Positions 24,783-32,534 of a DNA stretch of 61,077 bases are shown here, in pieces. Made by a program: the position numbers and the translations under genes. The notes under the pieces were generated by a model. The model saw nothing but the letters and a program-made list of their open reading frames with translations. It made no database searches and was not told the origin of the DNA. The stretch is from an uncultured Candidatus Saccharibacteria bacterium. GTDB lineage: Bacteria; Patescibacteriota; Minisyncoccia; Phycocordibacterales; UBA2100. Numbering within the stretch: the first letter of the stretch is position 1; every line of letters starts with the position of its first letter. The stretch spans positions 1-61,077 of the forward strand of contig CAZHOB010000004.1 of assembly GCA_964534465.1 (NCBI GenBank). The letters are read 5' to 3'.

Positions 24783-26422
24783 ATCTCACCCGCGTTCGTC
24801 GGCACGAAGAGAAGGTCGCTCTTCACGGCGATGGCGTTCACGATGCGTTCGGTGGTTTGAAAAAAACGCTTGAGTTTGCCGGAGCGCGGATCTATTTCAT
24901 GCAGTTTGCCGTCATTGGACCCAAGCCATAGAGAATTATTCCAGAAGACCGGCGATGCAAAGACGCGACCGCCTGTCTCATACGTCCACAGGTCCTTCCA
25001 GTTCGTGCAATCAATGGCGTACAAACATTTGTCGAGGGAGGCGATGAAGAGCGTGTCATTATGCACCAGCGGTATTGAGTATATGCCGCTACCCGTTTCG
25101 CGGGCATGGAGCGGCATGCCGCCCTGTGCGCCGAGAGCATATAAGCGTCCATCCATAGAAGCGAAAACGACGGCGCGACGTTTCGCATCGTAGGCGGCGC
25201 GGGTCTTAATATCGCCGCGCGAAGCGAATTTCCATTGCAATTCACCGCTCTTCGCATCGTAGGCATAGAGCACGCCGTCGTTACTTCCGATCACGACGAG
25301 TCCCTCTTCCTTTATATAGAGAGGGGAGCCATGAGTGAGGGAGGGATGCGAGGCATGCCACGTGAGGTGTCCCGATCTAAGGTCGAGCGCGGCGATGCCA
25401 CCGTGCTTGCGCCATAGTCCATACTCGAGTCCTATATAGATGAGCCCAAGATCCGGCGCGATGTCGGGTGAAGAGCCGACCCAGTCGGCGTCCGCATAAC
25501 TCCAGATCTTCTTTCCTGTTTTCGCCTCGAGCGCGTACACCGTGCCATCGTATGCGCCAAAATATACAAGCTCTCCATGGAGCGCGGGCGAGGAGAGAAT
25601 ACTTTTTCCGGTCGGATGTTTCCCGATCCTGAATTCCCATGCGACTTCGCCGCTCGTAAGAGAGAGCGCGCGGAACGCTCCATCGTCGCAGCCAAAGTAT
25701 ATGCGTTCCTCATCGAGCACCGGCGCAGATTTTTGTACCACCAGATCGTAGAGAGGTGCGGGTGCGCTGTATTTCCACAGCACTTCGAAATCATCCTTGG
25801 GAATTTCCGGTGTATGGGAGCGCTGGAGCGGTAATCCAAAATCGGAAATGGAAAAAAGATGCGTGAGGCGCACGTTTTTTTCCGTTAGAAATGCATACGC
25901 TTCATTCTCGCGGAACGTGAGGATCACAAAAGCGTCGGTAACTTTTTTTCCCGCGGCGTGCAGGATGTCGACCTGCTTGTTGATGCTCTGTCCCGAATTC
26001 ATCAAGTCGTCGACAAAGATGACGGGCTCATCGGTGAGCGTGCCCTCGATCTGTTTCATGAGCCCTGTGCGTTTGCGCGATTTTCGCAGGTAAAAACCAT
26101 TCACCGGAGTGCCACGCTCCTGACCTTTCATCACAATGGCGGCGAGCAGAGCGATGCCGGCCGTCTCCACGCTTCCCACTTGGAATGGATAGTGCTGGTG
26201 GTAGTGCTGCCAAAAGAGCTCAGCGTACCTATTGAGCCACGCGGACTGAAGCATGAGTGCCCTAAAATCAAATATCCACGGGTCGCGGGCGCCTGTCGAT
26301 CCGCCCGCGACGATGTCGACGCCTGCCCGCGCCCTGACCAATACGACGCTTGCAATGGCGCTGCGGAATTCCTGTAAAGGAGCGCTACCGATGGCTCTCG
26401 CCACGTTGGCTTTTGTATTCAT
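24755..26422 (-). CDS. Fusion protein: type-I phosphoribosyltransferase domain plus PQQ-like beta-propeller repeats
   Basis: PRPP-binding loop EPVIFVDDLMNSGQS. At least five propeller blades follow: GAYDGTVYALEAKTGKKIWSY, SNDGVLYAYDAKSGELQWKF, SMDGRLYALG, SLDKCLYAIDCTNWKDLWTY, SNDGKLHEIDPRSGKL. Confidence 0.7.
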   Translation of the reverse strand: MNTKANVARAIGSAPLQEFRSAIASVVLVRARAGVDIVAGGSTGARDPWIFDFRALMLQSAWLNRYAELFWQHYHQHYPFQVGSVETAGIALLAAIVMKGQERGTPVNGFYLRKSRKRTGLMKQIEGTLTDEPVIFVDDLMNSGQSINKQVDILHAAGKKVTDAFVILTFRENEAYAFLTEKNVRLTHLFSISDFGLPLQRSHTPEIPKDDFEVLWKYSAPAPLYDLVVQKSAPVLDEERIYFGCDDGAFRALSLTSGEVAWEFRIGKHPTGKSILSSPALHGELVYFGAYDGTVYALEAKTGKKIWSYADADWVGSSPDIAPDLGLIYIGLEYGLWRKHGGIAALDLRSGHLTWHASHPSLTHGSPLYIKEEGLVVIGSNDGVLYAYDAKSGELQWKFASRGDIKTRAAYDAKRRAVVFASMDGRLYALGAQGGMPLHARETGSGIYSIPLVHNDTLFIASLDKCLYAIDCTNWKDLWTYETGGRVFASPVFWNNSLWLGSNDGKLHEIDPRSGKLKRFFQTTERIVNAIAVKSDLLFVPTNAGEIYCLRSRTK

Positions 26423-26585
26423 ACCAGAGCTTCACGAGCATGGTTGCTGCCGTGACGCACCACACAATAAACCAAAAATAGCTGAAGGCATAGATGTGAT
26501 GGTCGATATATTGTTGCACAGGCGAAAGTTGCGTCGGTTTGTTGCCCGCCAGTTCTTTCAGTACGATCAATTTTTGGTCTTCCAT
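26385..26585 (-). CDS. 66-aa single-TM protein, coupled to the upstream membrane protein
   Basis: The ATG lies 1 nt after the TGA of 26587..27978. Reads MEDQKLIVLKELAGNKPTQLSPVQQYIDHHIYAFSYFWFIVWCVTAATMLVKLWYEYKSQRGESHR. It overlaps the 5' end of 24755..26422 by 38 nt. Confidence 0.45.
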   Translation of the reverse strand: MEDQKLIVLKELAGNKPTQLSPVQQYIDHHIYAFSYFWFIVWCVTAATMLVKLWYEYKSQRGESHR

Positions 26586-26586
26586 A

Positions 26587-27978
26587 TCAATAATGATAGA
26601 CATTTTGCGCGGGATAGCCGATGATCGGTGCATTCGGGGGAAGTCGTATCCACTCGTTATGTCTGAACGGCTGATAATCGACGTTGCAGATATCAGGCAC
26701 GTCGACGATCCGATAGAAAGGACCCCCGTTGATCGAATGATCAAACGTCATTGAAATGGTCGGCATCGCGCTGGAGCACGTCTCATGTAGCTGAGCCCAC
26801 CATTCGTACGGGTCGCACCGGTTCCACGCGGTACCCGATTCATAACGGAGCACCTGCTGCGACGTGCCCTTGCCGAGCGTCGTTGTTTTTTGCAGGACGA
26901 GACAATAGAAACTATTGCATTTTGTGCCGGCCAGTTTTTCAAAATCGCCGCTCGCGCTCCTCTCAAAAAGGTACTGCTTGGTAACGGTTGCGATGCATTG
27001 GTGATTGGCCTCGAACATGAACATGCCGAAGCGGTTGCCTTCGAGCGTGAGATATCTGTCGGTCGGTATGATGAATCCGAGCAACTGAAAGAGGAGGATA
27101 AGGGCGATAATGCACCACCCCGCGATGGACTTTTTATCAAATGGCGGCCGCTGGTAGCGATACATCGGCCCGAACAAAATGGCGATCGGCGGAAGCGCTA
27201 TCGACGGATAATCATAGAAGACGAAAATGCCGGAGTAGAGATGGAAATAGAGAGCGAATACAAGAGACATCCGCTGCAAAAGCCAATTACGCGAGAGCAG
27301 GAACCACGCTTCGACTATTTGTACGAAAATAACGATGTTGGTCGAAATGGGAATGAACCAGTCGGGAAAAAGAGGTATGCCGGTCTTCATGGAAGAGAAA
27401 TACGTCCCCTCTATCCATGCGGGAGAAAGCTTGACCGTGACAGACACGAAATAGAGAAGGACAAAAACGAGCTTGAGGAAGTACTCCTTGTGCGGGATAA
27501 AAAGGAGCGTCGCCGTGAGGAAGATGTGATAGTAATCATACGGTCCCGCAATAATATAACTGAGGACAAAAATGACGAAGATCTTCCACACAAGGAGCAA
27601 TGCGAGCAGCATGTGCGCATAGGCCCATTGTTTTTTCCACATGAAATATACGATCAGCATCATGAGACCAAAGAGCAGCATGTAGAACTCCGATTGCGTG
27701 AAGCCGTCGGGAAGCACATGGAAAAAATAGAGATCGCCGCAATTCTTGAAATATGGCCAGCACACCGCCGCGCCGCGCCGCGCCGTTTCCACGGTAATAA
27801 GTGTTTTTCCTATCCATACGGAGAAGGTCACGTAGAAGTAAAAGAGCATTGCCCCGAACATCCACTGCAAAATGACCTGCGACTCGATCTCCTCAATGCT
27901 GAAAAGTTTTCTGTATGCTTCCGTGAACGAACGCCAGTAGTTTTTTATTTTCGTACCGACTTCGGACATCATTTGCAT
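26587..27978 (-). CDS. Polytopic membrane protein (~8-10 TM) with a Cys-containing C-terminal soluble domain (HTTM/SdpB-like?)
   Basis: Hydrophobic repeats run through residues ~30-300, and the C-terminal ~150 aa carry 6 Cys. Overlaps the SagB gene by 10 nt. The family assignment is a guess. Confidence 0.6.
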   Translation of the reverse strand: MQMMSEVGTKIKNYWRSFTEAYRKLFSIEEIESQVILQWMFGAMLFYFYVTFSVWIGKTLITVETARRGAAVCWPYFKNCGDLYFFHVLPDGFTQSEFYMLLFGLMMLIVYFMWKKQWAYAHMLLALLLVWKIFVIFVLSYIIAGPYDYYHIFLTATLLFIPHKEYFLKLVFVLLYFVSVTVKLSPAWIEGTYFSSMKTGIPLFPDWFIPISTNIVIFVQIVEAWFLLSRNWLLQRMSLVFALYFHLYSGIFVFYDYPSIALPPIAILFGPMYRYQRPPFDKKSIAGWCIIALILLFQLLGFIIPTDRYLTLEGNRFGMFMFEANHQCIATVTKQYLFERSASGDFEKLAGTKCNSFYCLVLQKTTTLGKGTSQQVLRYESGTAWNRCDPYEWWAQLHETCSSAMPTISMTFDHSINGGPFYRIVDVPDICNVDYQPFRHNEWIRLPPNAPIIGYPAQNVYHY

Positions 27979-28679
27979 ACCGTTATTGTATGAACAGTCT
28001 GTTCCTGTTCCTCGTTTAAATCAAGGAGTTGCGCAACGAGAGCATCATTGAAGCCCGCGTACGGCCGCACCTTGAGCGAGAGTACGCACCCCACGAGCAA
28101 AATATTCTCGCTCATGTGACCCGCCTCGAGGAGGGCATGCAGGTACGCAAGATCGCCGTATTTGGCCGACGAGCGTTGCCATACGCTCGTGAACACAATA
28201 ATGGATGACAGCGGAAGTTCTTCGGGGTGTTTTGCGATGTCTTTCATGGTGATATCGCGCGGAAGGTCCCAGAGCCGCTCGAGCGCATGCTTACTGGGGT
28301 TGTAGTGGTAGGCCGCCGGCGTCTGACCCTCGATCGCGGTCGATATCAGGTAAGTTTCCACAGGATAGAGAGCTCCACCCGAGGGGTAGTTCCTCCGATG
28401 AGAGTCGGGATGTTTTCGAAGCGAGAGACCGAGAAGTGTACCGAGTTCTTGGAGAAGCAGGGGTGTGTCAGGATTTCCTTCGAGCGCCGAATGCCTTTGC
28501 ACGAGAGCGTCTTGCAATCTGGTCGCGAGTTGCTCGGGCTCTGGAAGAGAGATCTGTCCCATGCGCTTGTATGCTTTGTGTGTTCCCCGTGGCACCTCTT
28601 CAGGTCGATGCGTCGCCCCGCGACGCGTCAGTCGCGCTCTGCGAAGTTCCGCATGTATATGTGAGAGAAAAGGATTCAT
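27969..28679 (-). CDS. SagB-type (nitroreductase-fold, FMN) dehydrogenase
   Basis: Hallmark RNYPSGGALYPVETYL. C-terminal LLEAGHMSENILL ... RPYAGFND. The start overlaps the YcaO stop (ATGA at 28676-28679). Confidence 0.82.
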   Translation of the reverse strand: MNPFLSHIHAELRRARLTRRGATHRPEEVPRGTHKAYKRMGQISLPEPEQLATRLQDALVQRHSALEGNPDTPLLLQELGTLLGLSLRKHPDSHRRNYPSGGALYPVETYLISTAIEGQTPAAYHYNPSKHALERLWDLPRDITMKDIAKHPEELPLSSIIVFTSVWQRSSAKYGDLAYLHALLEAGHMSENILLVGCVLSLKVRPYAGFNDALVAQLLDLNEEQEQTVHTITVCK

Positions 28680-30190
28680 GAGAAAGGATGAGGGGTCGCG
28701 ACGTGCGGTTCCTTGAGGGGCTGATAGCCGAATGCAAGCGGTACTTCTTTGAGCCGTGTGCCGCCAAAGAGACGCAACTGCTCAATTAGATAGGGGGGGT
28801 GGAGCTGCGGTATCACGACCATTTCTATGTGCCACGGCGTTACGTTCTTTTTAGAACCCGAGAGGGATACGGAGATGCAATCGTACGATCTATCCGAGCA
28901 CCATTTCAGGACGCGCTCCAACTGTTGTTCTATGGTATCTCCATCCCACGGTTTCTCTGATACCCCTATTTCTTTTCCCTCCAGTAGTGAGCGCAATTTT
29001 TCGGCATTTTCAGGTTTGCCCCAATAGTATAGTCTGTCGCGATGCCCGATCTCTTCTACGGGCGTGTCATTCCATGAATTTCCCGCATCTTCCCACACAC
29101 GATACCCGCGGCGGGCTCGAAGAGCCTCCGTCAGAGCCTTTTGGACGGCATAGTTAATTGAACGATGTGCTTTGAGACCGATGGTAAAGAGTGGCGCATG
29201 CCCGCTCGTATCTTCAAGGATGACGGCAACTGCATGGGTCGGCGCGTCGGTAATGAGCTGGATCACATGAGGACGAAGTCGATATTGTGTGCACAGTGCT
29301 ACCGCGCGCGCGAGAGCGTCGTCTTCTGTACAGAGGGGGACAAGGGAAATTCGCGGCAGCTTCAATTGATTGAGCCACCAGACCATGTAGGCCTCACGCT
29401 CGATCACTTCGAGGGCGCCGGCAAGGCGCGCACCGGAAAGCGTCGGCCATGTAGCGAGACCGATGGTGGTTTGCTGACGTATCTGCGGCTCGTCGTATCC
29501 GTACTTTTGGTTGAGGCGGACACCGATAGCGGTTTGCGCGGGAATATACACGTCGACGTCGCTCGTGAGTGATCTCCCCTGTATCCATAGATATCGGGCG
29601 TCCTCGCGGAGCGTGCGCTTCGGATTCTGCGCGCGCTGTTCTTCGGAAAAACCGACGAAGTCGCGCGGCGAGATGTATGGACCGTATTTTGCTATTTCAT
29701 TTTCAGTAACACGCTGCGGTCGCATAAAATAATCCTCTTGCGAAAACCATAAGAACCGCTCAACTCCTTCGGCAAGCGTGGCCAAGAGCGCGTCCTCATC
29801 AGAGTGCCATGTGGTGCCGCCTACCTGGTGTTTGGAGGGAACGTTGCACAGCGCATACCAAGATCTGGTCGGCGGCTCATCCTCCATCGATGCCGACCGG
29901 CCATATTGCGTGAGCACGCCCGCTTCCTTGAGGCGTTCGGCAAGCGCGAGAGGGTCCGCAAGGTCGGGCCGCTCAAAAGGCACCGCTCGTGTGTCCCTAT
30001 AAAAATGACCATTTGTTTTCTGCTCGAGCATACCGATGAGCGCACGGAGTGCTCTGTTCTTGATGTCGTCACCCTGCAAAGCATCGTACAAAGGATAGCC
30101 ATCCACGATCATGGTCGCATGATAGCAGCGCAGTTCCGACAGGGTAGTTGTCAAAACTGTCGGGGAAGGTTGTAAAAGTTTTCCCAGCAT
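28676..30190 (-). CDS. YcaO-domain ATP-dependent (cyclo)dehydratase
   Basis: LATLAEGVERFLW, TTIGLATWPTLSGARLAGALEVIEREAYMVWW, IGHRDRLYYW, and the typical Pro-rich C-terminal tail ...HVATPHPFS. Confidence 0.85.
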   Translation of the reverse strand: MLGKLLQPSPTVLTTTLSELRCYHATMIVDGYPLYDALQGDDIKNRALRALIGMLEQKTNGHFYRDTRAVPFERPDLADPLALAERLKEAGVLTQYGRSASMEDEPPTRSWYALCNVPSKHQVGGTTWHSDEDALLATLAEGVERFLWFSQEDYFMRPQRVTENEIAKYGPYISPRDFVGFSEEQRAQNPKRTLREDARYLWIQGRSLTSDVDVYIPAQTAIGVRLNQKYGYDEPQIRQQTTIGLATWPTLSGARLAGALEVIEREAYMVWWLNQLKLPRISLVPLCTEDDALARAVALCTQYRLRPHVIQLITDAPTHAVAVILEDTSGHAPLFTIGLKAHRSINYAVQKALTEALRARRGYRVWEDAGNSWNDTPVEEIGHRDRLYYWGKPENAEKLRSLLEGKEIGVSEKPWDGDTIEQQLERVLKWCSDRSYDCISVSLSGSKKNVTPWHIEMVVIPQLHPPYLIEQLRLFGGTRLKEVPLAFGYQPLKEPHVATPHPFS

Positions 30191-30232
30191 TATCCCCAGA
30201 GCGATTGATCAAAAGGACTTCAATGGACTACT

Positions 30233-30562
30233 ATGTACTCTATGCAGAATAAAAAGAGGGGTTCCGGTATTTGGTCACGGATCGGCGGCACGCTTCTTAT
30301 TGCGCTCGGATTTTTTCTCGTGCTGTTCTCTACTTCGACCCGCACGTTCAAGAATTTCGGCGCACACGATGACGGTAATATCGCGCACGCGGACGCGCCG
30401 GCGGGAAGCGCTGCCGGCTCTACGAGCAGTGGAGGTGATAGCGTGAGCAGCGGTGATTCCGGCGGGGGTCAAGGCAGCTCCGACAGCGGCTCTGACAGCG
30501 GGGGATGTGGAGACAGCGGCGGCGACAGCGGCGGCGGTGATAGTGGAAGCGGCGGCAAATAA
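30233..30562 (+). CDS. Membrane-anchored Gly/Ser/Asp-rich small protein, candidate YcaO substrate
   Basis: Lies 42 nt divergent from ycaO. N-terminal TM helix (IGGTLLIALGFFLVLF). The C-terminus reads GSAAGSTSSGGDSVSSGDSGGGQGSSDSGSDSGGCGDSGGDSGGGDSGSGGK. Confidence 0.55.
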   Translation: MYSMQNKKRGSGIWSRIGGTLLIALGFFLVLFSTSTRTFKNFGAHDDGNIAHADAPAGSAAGSTSSGGDSVSSGDSGGGQGSSDSGSDSGGCGDSGGDSGGGDSGSGGK

Positions 30563-30564
30563 AC

Positions 30565-31671
30565 ATGCACAGAACAACGATCATATATGGTGCTCTCCTC
30601 GTCATTGCCGCAGCTCTGGCACTCGGTGCGTACCTCATGCACTCGTCGCACGCGAAAAATCTGGCTCCTTACATACCGCGAGAATTGATCAATGCCAAAC
30701 AAAAAGGCGATGTCGACGTTGCCCTCAACGCTTATAAGGCGATCACGAATGATCCGACAAAAAGCGCGGAGACTAAGGCGATGGCGGTCCTCAATATCGT
30801 AGGGGTCAAGCACCTCAAAACAGGCGACATCAGTGACACCATCAACGACATTCGTGCGCTGAAAAAAATTGCAGTTGATCCAGACGTATTTGGGCAAACC
30901 CGTGCATCCGCGATAGCGCTTCTCGCGCTCGCTCACAACAACTCCGGTCGCGACCCGAGGGTCTTCGCAGAGATATACACGGGTGCCCCGTGGGAAAATT
31001 ACCTCGTGCCGAATCGGCCCGATCCATCCGCACTTAAATTAAGTGTCTGGGCATATAGCGTGAGCCCGATATCAATGGCGGCGATATATGCTGCGCAGCT
31101 GGCATCTTTGCAGGCTATCAATAGCTCCTCAACAAGCGCCGATAGAACAAAATACGGCGATATGGCGGTCGAATACCTGCAAAAGGCTGACGACGCAGCT
31201 TTGCAGGAAGGAAGGAATGACCCCTCTTACACGACATCCGATCGATATTTGACCTACCGCGTGTGGCGAGCTATCACTATCGGCCGTCTCGCCCTCTTGC
31301 AACGCGGCACGTACCCCTCTGTCTTCGACAAGGAGTACTCTGAATTTTTCAGCTTTGTTAAGGCGCTTCCGCAAAACGGGCATTCGCAAGACGAAAATCT
31401 CTATGCACGTTTGCAGTACGCAAGTATTTTGCGTCGACTCAGCTCTTTTGGGAAAGAAAAGCTCGCACTGGATGATTTTGCAAAGGAGATAGAGGCGACT
31501 GACAACAAGAATCTCGGATTTTTTTCCTACATTTACAACATATCGAAATTCCCCAAGAGCTTTTTCTGGGTGCCGATAGCACAAATGCGAAAGCTCTCGC
31601 CCGCCTTTAATAAGGCGACCAATCCATATATCAATCTACAGCCATCGACCACCATCCCTGTCCAACAATAG
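30565..31671 (+). CDS. Membrane-anchored hypothetical protein (368 aa)
   Basis: The ATG lies 2 nt after the previous stop. N-terminal TM helix IIYGALLVIAAALALGAYL. The rest looks helical. Confidence 0.6.
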   Translation: MHRTTIIYGALLVIAAALALGAYLMHSSHAKNLAPYIPRELINAKQKGDVDVALNAYKAITNDPTKSAETKAMAVLNIVGVKHLKTGDISDTINDIRALKKIAVDPDVFGQTRASAIALLALAHNNSGRDPRVFAEIYTGAPWENYLVPNRPDPSALKLSVWAYSVSPISMAAIYAAQLASLQAINSSSTSADRTKYGDMAVEYLQKADDAALQEGRNDPSYTTSDRYLTYRVWRAITIGRLALLQRGTYPSVFDKEYSEFFSFVKALPQNGHSQDENLYARLQYASILRRLSSFGKEKLALDDFAKEIEATDNKNLGFFSYIYNISKFPKSFFWVPIAQMRKLSPAFNKATNPYINLQPSTTIPVQQ

Positions 31672-31694
31672 TCGCAAGGTTCTATACTGTGATC

Positions 31695-32474
31695 ATGAAT
31701 GCTGCGCGATGGGCTATCATAAGTGCTCTTGTTCTCGCCGCGCTCCTGTTCTTGTCCCGCGAACAGCTCCGCGAGGACTATGAAATGGCATCGCTTGCGC
31801 TCGCAAAGAGTCCGCAGCGCGCATTTGATCTCGGGGAAGAACATTTCAATGACGATCATCCGGAGCTCTACAATATCGACCTCGCAGAATATTTTTTTTG
31901 GAAGGCGCAAGCGCTCGGGTCGGACGATCCGTATCTCTATCACGAGATCGCACGTATTTCCTTCTTGCGCGGCAAGTACGAACGTGCGCTTACACAGATA
32001 GATCTTCAGATATTGAAGCACGGGGACAGCACTCCCAATTCGTATTATGTACGCGCCCTCATCGAAGGATTCAAAGGGGATTATGCGGCAGCAGCAAAAG
32101 ATTACGGACACTTTCTGAAGTTCGATCCGCACGATTGGGCCGCGATCAACGACTACGCATGGGTGCTCTTGAAGGCCAATAAACCGCGCGAAGCCGCGAA
32201 GATCACAGGCGATGCTCTCGTAGAATTTCCGGACAATGCGTGGCTTCTGAATTCCAATGCCATCGCGCTGTATGAGATAGGGGAGCTTGCGAAGGCAAAG
32301 CTCATCGTGCAGCGGGCATTTGAGGCAACGCAAAAATTGACCTCGTATGACTGGACACATGCGTATCCGGGCAACGACCCGCGCATAGCGCAAGAGGGCC
32401 TCGCCGCCTTCAAGGACGCCGCTGCGAAGAACATGCGCACCATCACGGAGGCCACAAGTACTCCGCAGCATTAA
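31695..32474 (+). CDS. Membrane-anchored TPR-repeat protein
   Basis: TM helix, then TPR-like A/Y/L periodicity (YFFWKAQALGSDDPYLYHEIARISFLRGKYERA, DYGHFLKFDPHDWAAINDYAWVLLKANKPREA). TATACT lies 6 nt upstream of the ATG; a GTG at 31689 is an alternative start. Confidence 0.65.
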   Translation: MNAARWAIISALVLAALLFLSREQLREDYEMASLALAKSPQRAFDLGEEHFNDDHPELYNIDLAEYFFWKAQALGSDDPYLYHEIARISFLRGKYERALTQIDLQILKHGDSTPNSYYVRALIEGFKGDYAAAAKDYGHFLKFDPHDWAAINDYAWVLLKANKPREAAKITGDALVEFPDNAWLLNSNAIALYEIGELAKAKLIVQRAFEATQKLTSYDWTHAYPGNDPRIAQEGLAAFKDAAAKNMRTITEATSTPQH

Positions 32475-32534
32475 GACATATTCACAGTGTGCGTCCGCTC
32501 GAGTGTTATTGCACGATACAATGAAATGCACTGT

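Noticed and set aside
26890-27993. 367-aa plus-strand ORF rich in Glu/Lys/Arg
   Set aside because: It is antisense to the polytopic membrane protein. Codons for hydrophobic residues read as charged residues on the opposite strand, so this is a typical artefact.
30420-30562. Short periodic repeats (ggcgacagcggcggc...) that could superficially resemble a repeat array
   Set aside because: This is coding low complexity for the (D/S)-S-G-G tail. It has no spacer-repeat organisation, so it is not a CRISPR array.
31533-32531. 332-aa minus-strand ORF; also 41450..42655, 56514..57596, 58060..58713, 59425..60072 and 60214..60897
   Set aside because: They are antisense to the TPR protein, the ABC transporter, map, purD and the VirD4-like ATPase respectively, each of which has motif support.
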